Assembly: GCA_964291405.2 (NCBI GenBank)
Contig: OZ219926.1
Location: forward strand, 1,600,001-1,664,000
From: Thermodesulfobacteriota bacterium
GTDB taxonomy: Bacteria; Desulfobacterota; Binatia; Bin18
DNA length: 64,000 nt
Direction: 5' to 3'
Under the pieces are notes generated by a model. The model saw nothing but the letters and a program-made list of their open reading frames with translations. It had not been told where the DNA came from and did no database searches. Of the stretch, positions 9,874 through 18,442 are shown piece after piece (the stretch's first letter is position 1; each line of letters opens with the position of its first letter). The position numbers and the translations under genes were made by a program.

Positions 9874-10014
9874 ATGGCACAACTGGGTAAACGCTATATG
9901 TGTGAAGAGTGCGGGACTGAGGTACTCTGCAACAAGCCGGGCGACGGTGCACTCAACTGCTGCGATAAAGAAATGCCGCTCAAGGAAGCCAAGCCGCTTC
10001 CATCGTCTGACTGA
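9874..10014 (+). CDS. Desulforedoxin-like metal-binding microprotein, 46 aa (absent from ORF track)
   Basis: RBS AGGAGG; MAQLGKRYMCEECGTEVLCNKPGDGALNCCDKEMPLKEAKPLPSSD; C-x2-C-x15-CC spacing. Confidence 0.85.
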   Translation: MAQLGKRYMCEECGTEVLCNKPGDGALNCCDKEMPLKEAKPLPSSD

Positions 10015-10050
10015 TACCGGTCTGTTGCAAACTGTACACCTAACAGTGAG

Positions 10051-10080
10051 GAGCGAGGGAAACCTCGCTCTTTCCTTTTC
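10051..10080 (+). terminator. Hairpin/terminator after the microprotein gene
   Basis: GAGCGAGG-GAAA-CCTCGCTC followed by TTTCCTTTT. Confidence 0.6.
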
Positions 10081-10088
10081 CGGGGGCT

Positions 10089-11636
10089 ATGTCTTCCGCA
10101 CCCCACACGGCTGACCTGCTGCTCTATGGTGGGCATGTTCTCACCTTTGACCCAAACCGGCCTGAAGCCCAGGCCATTGCTATTGCGGCAGGAAAAATCC
10201 TCGCGATTGGCACCGAGGAGGAACTGCGCCCCTTTGTCTCGCCGAAAACACAGGCCTTACCGTGCACCGGGAGAACGGTACTTCCAGGCTTCATCGACCC
10301 TCACCTGCATCTCTTTGCCTGGACGAGCCGCTACTGCGGTGCAGACCTGAGTGCAGCCCGATCAATTGCCGAAATCCAGTCTCAACTCCAGGCACGCCTG
10401 GAGACCCTCGGCTCGCAAGACTGGCTGCGCGGCTATGGCTATGACGAATTCTTTCTCCACGAGAAACGCCCTCCGAATCGACACGACCTTGACGCCATCT
10501 CGACCGAGCAGCCTATCATCCTGCGTCATCGGACCGGCCATGCTGCCGTTCTGAATGGCGAAGCGCTCCGGCAAACCGGCATCCACGCCCAATTCACCCC
10601 TCCAAAGGGCGGAAACGTCGAACGCGACGCCAGTGGAGAACCAACGGGCGTGGTCTACGAATTGGAGTCGTTTCTACGACCTGTCATACCTCCGCTCCCG
10701 GCACAGGAATTTCAGGCCGGATTACAACAGGTCAACAACGAATTACTCAGAAACGGGGTCTGTTCGTTTCACGACGCCAGCGCCGGCAATACGCTTGAGG
10801 CTCTCGGACGCTTCGCCGCCTTACGAGCCAACGGCGTCATACGTCCCCATGCAACCGTTATGGTCGGGGCTGAGGCGTTCTCTCAGGTGCGAGAGGCTGG
10901 CCTCACCGCCTTTGACCGGTCCGGCCAAGTTCGGCTTGGCAGTATTAAAATCATGCTGCATGAAAGCGGAGGCGAGTTGTATCCCGCGCCGGACGACCTG
11001 GCTGAAATGGTCTGGCAGGTGCATCGCCACGGGTTTCAGGTCGCCATCCATGCGGTTGAAGAAGTCCCCGTCTGCGCGGCCCTCGAAGCGATTCAGCAGG
11101 CGCTAGAACGGTTGCCTCGCCACGATCATCGTCATCGGATTGAACACTGCACGCTCTGTCCTCCACCGTTTCTCGACACCCTGGCCGAGACAGGCTGTGC
11201 GGTGGTGATGCAGCCGGGCTTTCTGCATTTTTATGGCGATAAATATGCAGCAGAAGTTGATACAGATGTGCACGATTGGCTGTACCGGGCAAAAAGCCTC
11301 CGGGATCACAACATTTCCGTTGTCGGCAGCTCAGATTGTCCGATCGCCCCACAGGCCCCATTGGTGGCGATTCAGGCTGCCGTTACGCGCCAGTCCCACA
11401 CTGGAATGGTTCTCAATCCCGCCGAACGTTTGTCCTGTCTTGAAGCGCTCAGTCTTTTCACTCAAGCAGGAGCCTGGGTCGGGTTTGAGGAAGATCAGAC
11501 CGGCAGCATCAGCCCTGGTATGCGTGCGGATGTGGTTATCCTCGACGGCGACCTGACGGGGCTCCCGGCTGAAGCGCTCAGCCGGGTAAACGTCCAGACA
11601 ACAATCATTGACGGCCAGATTGTCTATTCGGCATAA
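10089..11636 (+). CDS. Amidohydrolase (YtcJ / amidohydrolase_3 family)
   Basis: PGFIDPHLH, AIHAVEE, HRIEHC, GSSDCP, GSISPGMRADVVIL. Confidence 0.9.
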   Translation: MSSAPHTADLLLYGGHVLTFDPNRPEAQAIAIAAGKILAIGTEEELRPFVSPKTQALPCTGRTVLPGFIDPHLHLFAWTSRYCGADLSAARSIAEIQSQLQARLETLGSQDWLRGYGYDEFFLHEKRPPNRHDLDAISTEQPIILRHRTGHAAVLNGEALRQTGIHAQFTPPKGGNVERDASGEPTGVVYELESFLRPVIPPLPAQEFQAGLQQVNNELLRNGVCSFHDASAGNTLEALGRFAALRANGVIRPHATVMVGAEAFSQVREAGLTAFDRSGQVRLGSIKIMLHESGGELYPAPDDLAEMVWQVHRHGFQVAIHAVEEVPVCAALEAIQQALERLPRHDHRHRIEHCTLCPPPFLDTLAETGCAVVMQPGFLHFYGDKYAAEVDTDVHDWLYRAKSLRDHNISVVGSSDCPIAPQAPLVAIQAAVTRQSHTGMVLNPAERLSCLEALSLFTQAGAWVGFEEDQTGSISPGMRADVVILDGDLTGLPAEALSRVNVQTTIIDGQIVYSA

Positions 11637-11700
11637 AGAGTAAACGTGTCCAGCATCTCATGCTATATTGGAGGACACGTTTACTCTTTAAAGAACATGT

Positions 11701-12420
11701 ATGCCTTCTCCCGCAGTCCTGTACGAAAAAGACGGCAGTGTCGCCGTTGTCAGCCTCAACCGGCCTGACATGCTCAACGCCTATAACGTGGAGATGCGGG
11801 ACGATTTGCACGAAATTCTTCAGGCCGTCCGGGACGACCCTGAGGTCCGGGTCATGATCCTGCGCGGCGAAGGCCCGGCCTTCTCTACCGGCGGAGATGT
11901 TTCAGAGTTCGGTTCAGCGCCCTCTCCGGTGCGGGCGCGTGAAGTGCGCTGGCAACGGGATAACTGGGGGCTGCTGTTACGGCTGCCTCAGCCGACCATT
12001 GCAGCGGTCCACGGCTATACCGTCGGCGGCGGGATGGAAATGGCGCTGCTGTGTGATTTGTGCATTGCCGCGGACGATACGGTCTTTTTTCTACCGGAAA
12101 CCGGTCTGGGCATGATCCCTGGGGTAGGCGGGACGCAGACCGCGCCCCGTGCCATCGGGCTAGGGCGCGCCCTAGACATGGTATTCACCGGAAAGCGACT
12201 GAAGGCCGACCAAGCCCTCCAGATTGGCCTGGTAAATCAGGTGGTTCCCTTGGCTACCCTCTTGACTGAGGCCAAATCTCTGGCATACACACTGTCCCGT
12301 TGTAATCCAACAGTTGTAAGGCTGGCAAAACGGGCCGTCCGACAGGGCGCTGACCTAAATTTATCCGATGGCTTACGACTGGAACAAAATCTATTTGCAC
12401 TGGTAAAGGAGCAGGCATGA
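11701..12420 (+). CDS. Enoyl-CoA hydratase/isomerase
   Basis: LNRPDMLNA, FSTGGD, GGGME, LPETGLGMIPG (both catalytic Glu present). Confidence 0.9.
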   Translation: MPSPAVLYEKDGSVAVVSLNRPDMLNAYNVEMRDDLHEILQAVRDDPEVRVMILRGEGPAFSTGGDVSEFGSAPSPVRAREVRWQRDNWGLLLRLPQPTIAAVHGYTVGGGMEMALLCDLCIAADDTVFFLPETGLGMIPGVGGTQTAPRAIGLGRALDMVFTGKRLKADQALQIGLVNQVVPLATLLTEAKSLAYTLSRCNPTVVRLAKRAVRQGADLNLSDGLRLEQNLFALVKEQA

Positions 12421-13970
12421 ATACGTCACAGTTCATCGGTATTCCGGGCATGATGTTTCCGGACCAAGAGGTCCTGGCTTTCGAAGGTAACCGGTTGACC
12501 TATGGAACACTGCTGGATCGGGTCAAACGGCTGGCCAGCAGTTTGCGCGACCAAGGAATTCAGGCGGGTGATCGTGTGGCGATCTTGCAGACAAACTGCA
12601 ATCAGTACATCGAGGCCTATTATGCCACAGCGATGCTGGGTGCGACTTTTGTGCCGCTGAACTATCGGGCCAAGCCCCCGGAATTGGAATATATGATTAC
12701 CGCGGCGGAGACCAAGCTGCTGTTTGTGGGCGATCGCTATATCGACCTGGTCAATAGCCTCAAGCCCAATCTCGACTGCGTGGAAAAATATGTCACGATC
12801 GAAACGCGGCGTGACGATATGCTGCACTACGACGACTTTATTGAGCAGGGCTCGCCGGACATCGAAGAGGCAGAAGTCGATGAGGGCGACCTGTCCATCC
12901 TAATGTATACCAGTGGCACGACGTCTTTGCCCAAGGGTGTGATGCTGACCTACGGCGGATTCACCAACTACGTCATCGGCACCGTCGAGATGGCGGACGG
13001 GACCCCGCGCGGCACCTCGCTGCTGTGCGCGCCGCTCTATCATATTGCCGGCACGATGAACATCATGACCGCGCTGTGGAACGGCCGAAAGATCGCCATC
13101 CTGCGTCAGTTCGATACCAAGGAGTGGCTGGCGGCCGTTCAGAACGAGCAAGTGACGCACGCCTTTGTCGTGCCCACGATGATGAAACAGCTCATCGATC
13201 ACCCCGAGTTCTCGAACTATGATCTATCGAGTTTGCAGAACGTCTCCTATGGCGGCGCTCCCATGGCCTTTCCCGTCATTCGCAAGGCCATTGATATGTT
13301 CCCGGACTCGACCGGTTTTGTGAATGCCTTTGGCCAGACCGAAACAAATTCGACCCTGACCGTCCTCGGACCGGACGACCATAAGCTGAACGGCACGCCG
13401 GAAGAAGTCGAGCGCAACCTGAAGCGTCTGACCTCGGTCGGCAAACCCCTGCCCGACGTGGAAGTCCAGGTTCTTGATGACGATAATAAAGAGATGCCGG
13501 CCAATGAGATCGGCGAGGTAGTCATTCGCACCCCGCGCGTGATGAAGGGCTACGCCAATCAGGAAAGCGCGACCGCCGCCTTGTTGGATGAAAACGGCTG
13601 GCTGCATACTCGCGACATGGGTTATATCGACGAAGACGGCTATGTCTATCTGGTTGGCCGCAAGGACGACATCATCATTCGTGGCGGTGAAAACATTGCA
13701 CCGGCTGAAATCGAAGCGGTCCTGCACGCCCATCCGGCAGTCGACGAGGCGGCCATTATCGGTGTGCCTGACGTCGATTGGGGACAAAAGATCGTGGCCT
13801 TTGTCGCCCTCAAGCCAGGCCAGACAGCTACCGCGGACGAAGTTGGCGACTTCTGTAAGGAACGGCTGGCCAGCTTCAAGAAACCAGGGGAGATCAATTT
13901 CCTGGACGAGTTGCCGAAGAACCCGTTAGGCAAAGTCCTCAAGAAAGAGCTGAAAGCGCAGTACGAATAG
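12417..13970 (+). CDS. Acyl-CoA synthetase (AMP-forming, long-chain-fatty-acid-CoA ligase family)
   Basis: YTSGTTSLPKG, FGQTE, WLHTRD, GRKDDIIIRGGENI, LPKNPLGK; ATGA overlap with the upstream gene. Confidence 0.93.
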   Translation: MNTSQFIGIPGMMFPDQEVLAFEGNRLTYGTLLDRVKRLASSLRDQGIQAGDRVAILQTNCNQYIEAYYATAMLGATFVPLNYRAKPPELEYMITAAETKLLFVGDRYIDLVNSLKPNLDCVEKYVTIETRRDDMLHYDDFIEQGSPDIEEAEVDEGDLSILMYTSGTTSLPKGVMLTYGGFTNYVIGTVEMADGTPRGTSLLCAPLYHIAGTMNIMTALWNGRKIAILRQFDTKEWLAAVQNEQVTHAFVVPTMMKQLIDHPEFSNYDLSSLQNVSYGGAPMAFPVIRKAIDMFPDSTGFVNAFGQTETNSTLTVLGPDDHKLNGTPEEVERNLKRLTSVGKPLPDVEVQVLDDDNKEMPANEIGEVVIRTPRVMKGYANQESATAALLDENGWLHTRDMGYIDEDGYVYLVGRKDDIIIRGGENIAPAEIEAVLHAHPAVDEAAIIGVPDVDWGQKIVAFVALKPGQTATADEVGDFCKERLASFKKPGEINFLDELPKNPLGKVLKKELKAQYE

Positions 13971-13977
13971 TAAGCAG

Positions 13978-14002
13978 GGGCGTCCTTTTGGACGCCCTTT
14001 CT
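13978..14002 (+). terminator. Intergenic hairpin, weak terminator or stabiliser
   Basis: GGGCGTCC-TTTT-GGACGCCC followed by TTTCT. Confidence 0.5.
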
Positions 14003-14010
14003 GTTAAGGT

Positions 14011-14778
14011 TTGGGTGTGTCCGATCTGGTGTATGAGATTCAAGGGAAAGTGGCTTGGCTGCGCTTGTCGTGTCCGGGTCAGGGCAATCGGCTCACGCCC
14101 AGGATGGATCAGGAGATAGCATCCGTCTGCCAGGCCATCGAGGAGGCCGAGCCGGTCGAAATCGCTGTCCTGACCGGCTCGGTCCACAGCTTTTGTGAGG
14201 GCCTGACACAAACGGCCAACACCGCGCAGAGAATTCGGGAGCAGTTCGGTTCCATCCAGTGCGTCGAGGCGCTTGCGGCCATCACAAAACCGACGCTGGC
14301 GGTTCTCAATGGCAACGCGTTCGGACTCGGGCTGGAGTTGGCCCTCGCCTGCGACCTCCGTCTGGCCGTTTCGACGGCCCGGTTCAGCCTCCCCCAGGTT
14401 ACCGAGCAGATGATTCCTTTTGGCGGAGGGACGCAGCGCCTGCCGCGTGTAGTCGGACAGGCCAAGGCGTTGGAGATCATCCTCACCGGCAAACAGCTTG
14501 ACGCCGCTGAGGCGTATCGCATCGGACTGGTCAACGAAGTGATTGCCGCGGACGATCTTTTGACCCGTGTTGACGAGGTCCTGTCCGGTCTGTTAGGGAA
14601 AGGCCCTGTCGCTTTACGACTCGGTAAAGAGGCGGTATACAAAGCAATGGACCTGACGCTCGACCAGGGGGTGCGGTTGGAAGAAGACTTGTATGCCCTT
14701 CTCCAGACAACCCAGGATCGGGCCGAGGGCGTGGAATCTTTCTTAGCCAAGCGGAAACCTCGATTTACCGGACGCTAA
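14011..14778 (+). CDS. Enoyl-CoA hydratase/isomerase, divergent (start may be GTG at 14017)
   Basis: KPTLAVLNG, GLELALACDLR, GGGTQRLPRVVG, KRKPRFTGR. Confidence 0.88.
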   Translation: MGVSDLVYEIQGKVAWLRLSCPGQGNRLTPRMDQEIASVCQAIEEAEPVEIAVLTGSVHSFCEGLTQTANTAQRIREQFGSIQCVEALAAITKPTLAVLNGNAFGLGLELALACDLRLAVSTARFSLPQVTEQMIPFGGGTQRLPRVVGQAKALEIILTGKQLDAAEAYRIGLVNEVIAADDLLTRVDEVLSGLLGKGPVALRLGKEAVYKAMDLTLDQGVRLEEDLYALLQTTQDRAEGVESFLAKRKPRFTGR

Positions 14779-14800
14779 GAGAAAAACAGGAGGCAACAGT

Positions 14801-14917
14801 ATGGCAACCCAACTCGGGAAAATGTATCTGTGTGGAAGCTGCGGTGTGCAGGTCATCGTGACCAAAGGTGGCGATGGCTCGCTCAAGTGCTGCGGAGCCG
14901 AGATGCAGAAAAAATAG
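14801..14917 (+). CDS. Desulforedoxin-like metal-binding microprotein, 38 aa (absent from ORF track)
   Basis: RBS AGGAGG; MATQLGKMYLCGSCGVQVIVTKGGDGSLKCCGAEMQKK; C-x2-C-x15-CC spacing. Confidence 0.85.
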   Translation: MATQLGKMYLCGSCGVQVIVTKGGDGSLKCCGAEMQKK

Positions 14918-14978
14918 TCTCTCGTGTGTAGCTCTCAGGGAGAGCAAAGGACAGGGAGCACGATTGCACTCTCGATAC

Positions 14979-15008
14979 AGGGCACCGCTTGCAGGGTGCC
15001 CTTTTTTT
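14979..15008 (+). terminator. Rho-independent terminator
   Basis: AGGGCACC...GGTGCCCT followed by a T tract. Confidence 0.8.
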
Positions 15009-15133
15009 ATCACGACGCCCAGAAGCGACCTTGCAAGACCGCTAGACACTCAGATAGCATGGCCTGCACTGCTCAGGGTCATGACAAATAACCGCTCGCA
15101 TGAATCCCGAGTGAAGCGTGGAGGTTGACAGCC

Positions 15134-15430
15134 ATGCCGGCCCCTATTTCCGCCGATGAAATACAGTCCCGCATTGTCGCGGCCCTACCTGACGCGCAGG
15201 TGCACATTCGCGATTACACTGGTGGTGGGGATCACTACGAAGCCGTTGTCGTGTCCGCGGCGTTCGACGGCAAGAATGCCGTCGCCCGGCACCGCCTGGT
15301 GTATGGCGCCCTCCAGGAGGCTATGGTTGAACGCATTCATGCCTTAGCCCTCAAGACTATGACCCCACAAGAATTTGAGGCCGATACCCGGCAGTCCGGC
15401 CTGGTGAATATCGAAACGCACAAATCATAA
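15134..15430 (+). CDS. bolA: BolA family protein
   Basis: [25 protein letters not shown]; adjacent to grxD. Confidence 0.9.
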   Translation: MPAPISADEIQSRIVAALPDAQVHIRDYTGGGDHYEAVVVSAAFDGKNAVARHRLVYGALQEAMVERIHALALKTMTPQEFEADTRQSGLVNIETHKS

Positions 15431-15455
15431 GCTACGAACCCACGAGGAGGAAAAA

Positions 15456-15779
15456 ATGGCAGACGGCGTACAAGCGCATATTGACGAGACCGTGAAGAAC
15501 AACAAAGTCCTCATCTATATGAAGGGCAATCGCACCTTCCCGATGTGCGGCTTCTCAGCCGCAACCATTCAGATTTTCGACTCTTTGGGTATGCCGTACG
15601 AGACCGTCGACGTATTGCAGGACCCTGCCGTACGCGACGGCATCAAGCGCTATTCAAACTGGCCGACCATTCCGCAGGTGTATGTGAACGGCGAATTTAT
15701 CGGTGGCTGCGACATCATCCAGGAAATGCACAGCCGCGGCGAGCTTGAGCCCATCGTGCGGGCTGCCCTCGAAGGCTAA
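15456..15779 (+). CDS. grxD: Monothiol glutaredoxin Grx4
   Basis: CGFS, WPTIPQVY, GGCD. Confidence 0.95.
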   Translation: MADGVQAHIDETVKNNKVLIYMKGNRTFPMCGFSAATIQIFDSLGMPYETVDVLQDPAVRDGIKRYSNWPTIPQVYVNGEFIGGCDIIQEMHSRGELEPIVRAALEG

Positions 15780-15826
15780 GCCAAAAACCTCTCCTGGCGG
15801 TATATGCCGCCAGGGGGGAAAACGCA

Positions 15827-16033
15827 ATGCGCTACAAGATTGCCCTGTACCAGTCTGAAGAAGGCTATAGCGTTTCCTGCCCTGGTCTCCCGGGTTGCTG
15901 GTCGCAAGGCGCAACCGAAGCGGAGGCCCTGGAGAATATTCAGGATGCCATCAGAGAATATCTCACCGCTGTCGAAGAGTTACTTCAGGACACGCCCAAC
16001 ACCGAAGTACGAGAAGTAGACATTGCCGTGTAA
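15827..16033 (+). CDS. hicB: HicB family antitoxin (short form)
   Basis: YSVSCPGLPGCWSQGATEAEALENIQDAI. Confidence 0.9.
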   Translation: MRYKIALYQSEEGYSVSCPGLPGCWSQGATEAEALENIQDAIREYLTAVEELLQDTPNTEVREVDIAV

Positions 16034-16035
16034 CG

Positions 16036-16248
16036 ATGCCAAAGCTGTCTGGGGTCAACCATCAGCAGGCCATCCGCGCGTTGGAGAAGTCTGGTTTTCG
16101 TATCATTCGCCAAGGGAATCACGTCGTGATGTCAGACGGCGTCCGCATTCTCACTATCCCACGACATAATCCTGTCCATGCCATTACCATGGGCGGTATC
16201 GTACGGGACGCGGGGTTCACCGTTGAAGAGTTCCGAAGATTATTGTAA
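16036..16248 (+). CDS. hicA: HicA family mRNA interferase toxin
   Basis: ALEKSGFRIIRQGNHVVM ... TIPRH ... IVRDAG. Confidence 0.88.
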   Translation: MPKLSGVNHQQAIRALEKSGFRIIRQGNHVVMSDGVRILTIPRHNPVHAITMGGIVRDAGFTVEEFRRLL

Positions 16249-16293
16249 GGCGCGTCCAAAAGCTGTCGATCCGAAAATAGAGGAGACCGTGGC

Positions 16294-16899
16294 ATGCTTC
16301 TGTCGAACATTCCTGAACTTCGTAATTATCCGAAAGTCTTAGATTTCGTTGAAAACCATCTTTCGATGCAATTCGGGGATATCCGCTCCATGCTGCGGCT
16401 TCCGCTTCCAAGGCTTAGCATAGATAATGGCTGCAATTTCGCCGTAGCGGCGGTCCTATGTAACCTTGTCAGCGGGATTTCGGTGACGATCTTCATGCCC
16501 ACGAACTCTACTCGGATAAATCGTAAAGGAAACAAAATATGGATTGGTCCAGGCGAGGCTTTCAAAAAATTACTCGAAAATTACTACCCTTGGGAGTCGG
16601 GAGATAACCCAACGGACGGAGCCAAAGCCTTGTATGACTTGTTCCGAAACCCTCTTGCCCATGCGCTTGGAGTCCACAGCAAGTCTTCTTATCAAATTCA
16701 CATTAGGAAGAACCCTCTCCAAAACTGGTTAAGTCCGGGTATTTCCGGGTCTGGAATAAAATGGGAGGTTGTTGCTGAAGGCTTTTACAGAGACGTATTT
16801 CATATGTTCTGGAATCTGACCAAAGATAATCAGCAGATGACGGATGCAGAGCAAAGATTTTCAAATAGGAATATCATGTGGAGGGAAGGAAAACCCTAA
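16294..16899 (+). CDS. Hypothetical protein with a HEPN-like R-x4-H motif
   Basis: RBS AGGAG; low GC; LYDLFRNPLAHALG. Confidence 0.6.
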   Translation: MLLSNIPELRNYPKVLDFVENHLSMQFGDIRSMLRLPLPRLSIDNGCNFAVAAVLCNLVSGISVTIFMPTNSTRINRKGNKIWIGPGEAFKKLLENYYPWESGDNPTDGAKALYDLFRNPLAHALGVHSKSSYQIHIRKNPLQNWLSPGISGSGIKWEVVAEGFYRDVFHMFWNLTKDNQQMTDAEQRFSNRNIMWREGKP

Positions 16900-16979
16900 G
16901 TTGTAGGGATAAAAAGGAAACCTGGGACATCTCTGAGCGAGAGCACGATTCAGATTGCGGACTAACAGGTAGATACACA

Positions 16980-17951
16980 ATGACAAAAATCGCAATACCC
17001 TACACTCCGCCCGACCTTGGACCAAACTCTGATTTCCAAGACAAGATTTTTCGGAAGAACAGAGAATCTGTCTTGAGCGAATTACGTTGTCTGTCCGGCA
17101 TTCCTGAGATTGTAAGGACTTTGAATCCGGATACCGTGTATAAGATTGTCTGCTCTCCAGAAGGAGGGAAACTCTATACGGATACCGCCGGCAATCTAAA
17201 AGGGGTGTTCTATAAAGATAGGAAGATTATACAGCACGCCAAATTACGGGTTGTTGGACCATCTCTTGTCAAATGCGCTACAGCAATAGGCTCCCAGATT
17301 CTTCTGATAAGCATCGCCATGCAATTAAATCGCATAGAGAAAGAGATCCACAAAATAATCGAAGGTCAGCATGATGATAGAATATCTGAGATTTATTCGG
17401 GGGTAAGTCAGTACAAGCTGGCGATGAGAGCGCGAGATATTGAACGGCAGTCAAGGCTAGTTGAGAACGCAATCCAAACAGTGACCACAGGTATCGAAAA
17501 AACAGCCCGATCATTAAAAAGACAAATAGCGGAGATGCCCAAAACTGAATATGGTTTGAGGGATGATTGGCCAATCTTTGATAAAGATAGAACTAAATGG
17601 GCTGAAGAGAAGTTCAGGTTCGTCGAAGAATCATTTCAAGCTTGCATTATCGGAATTCAAACCCTGGCCGAATGTTACGCGGCAATCAATGAACCACAGA
17701 TAGCGGTGGTGGCGTTGAAAGAGAATATAGACAAGCTAAGCGATAGTGAAATTGCACTGGCGGCTAAAAAAGCCCGATTGATCCCATTCCGAGAAAGAAA
17801 AGGGTTACCTGAACAGCCCTTGAGAGCTTTCCTGGACAGCAAACGCTTGCTTCTTGATAACATAGAAAGATGCGGTCTTTTGGCAAACAACGAACCCGAT
17901 TGTATAGAGATAGAGATCAAACCTGTTGAGCTACTGGAAGGAGGGAAATGA
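16980..17951 (+). CDS. Hypothetical helical/coiled-coil protein
   Basis: 323-codon low-GC ORF; hydrophobic patch AIGSQILLISIAM followed by a charged helical region. Confidence 0.7.
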   Translation: MTKIAIPYTPPDLGPNSDFQDKIFRKNRESVLSELRCLSGIPEIVRTLNPDTVYKIVCSPEGGKLYTDTAGNLKGVFYKDRKIIQHAKLRVVGPSLVKCATAIGSQILLISIAMQLNRIEKEIHKIIEGQHDDRISEIYSGVSQYKLAMRARDIERQSRLVENAIQTVTTGIEKTARSLKRQIAEMPKTEYGLRDDWPIFDKDRTKWAEEKFRFVEESFQACIIGIQTLAECYAAINEPQIAVVALKENIDKLSDSEIALAAKKARLIPFRERKGLPEQPLRAFLDSKRLLLDNIERCGLLANNEPDCIEIEIKPVELLEGGK

Positions 17952-18127
17952 TGCGCGTTTGTCCAAAGCCAGGGTGTGAGCGTACCTTGGAGCCGGGAGA
18001 AAAGCTCTGCCCTTCTTGTCGATCAAAGAGAAGCCGTTTTTGGAAGAGAGTCGTAGAAGTCGGAACAACAGTGGCAGTGGTGATAATAGGAGCTTTGACT
18101 AAAGGAGGCCGTGGAAAAGGGATATAG
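17948..18127 (+). CDS. Zinc-ribbon microprotein with a C-terminal hydrophobic helix, 59 aa (absent from ORF track)
   Basis: ATGA overlap with the upstream stop and GGAGGG RBS; CPKPGC-x10-CPSC then VVEVGTTVAVVIIGAL. Confidence 0.65.
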   Translation: MMRVCPKPGCERTLEPGEKLCPSCRSKRSRFWKRVVEVGTTVAVVIIGALTKGGRGKGI

Positions 18128-18227
18128 GCTCTCTGGCGCTATCGTTACTCCTCGCAGAGTACTCCTGATCATGGTTGTCTCGACCAATGCCCAATTGCTG
18201 TACTGGAGTTGTGAGCATCAGCGAGCA

Positions 18228-18347
18228 GGTACCAATTTAGTCCTGCTGGACCCGGATATTACGCAAGCGTTTGCGAATAACGCGGAAGCCATTAACGAAG
18301 CTTTGCGGTTGGTGTTTCAGTTGACCAAGCTGCCGACAAATAGATAG
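18228..18347 (+). pseudogene. C-terminal remnant of a BrnA-like (ribbon-helix-helix) antitoxin
   Basis: GTNLVLLDPDITQAF...EAINEALRLV resembles the antitoxins paired with BrnT toxins; N-terminus and toxin are absent. Confidence 0.45.
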
Positions 18348-18442
18348 CCCGGACCTGCAGAAGACGGAGAGCGGCAGCGGAGTACTCAATAGGATATTCC
18401 CCATCCAATCGTCCTGCCTAGCTTCAAACAAGTCCTGAAGAC

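Noticed and set aside
16900-16979. Possible integron attC site (GACTAAC) between the low-GC genes
   Set aside because: No matching GTTRRRY end or paired L boxes found, and no integrase in the window.
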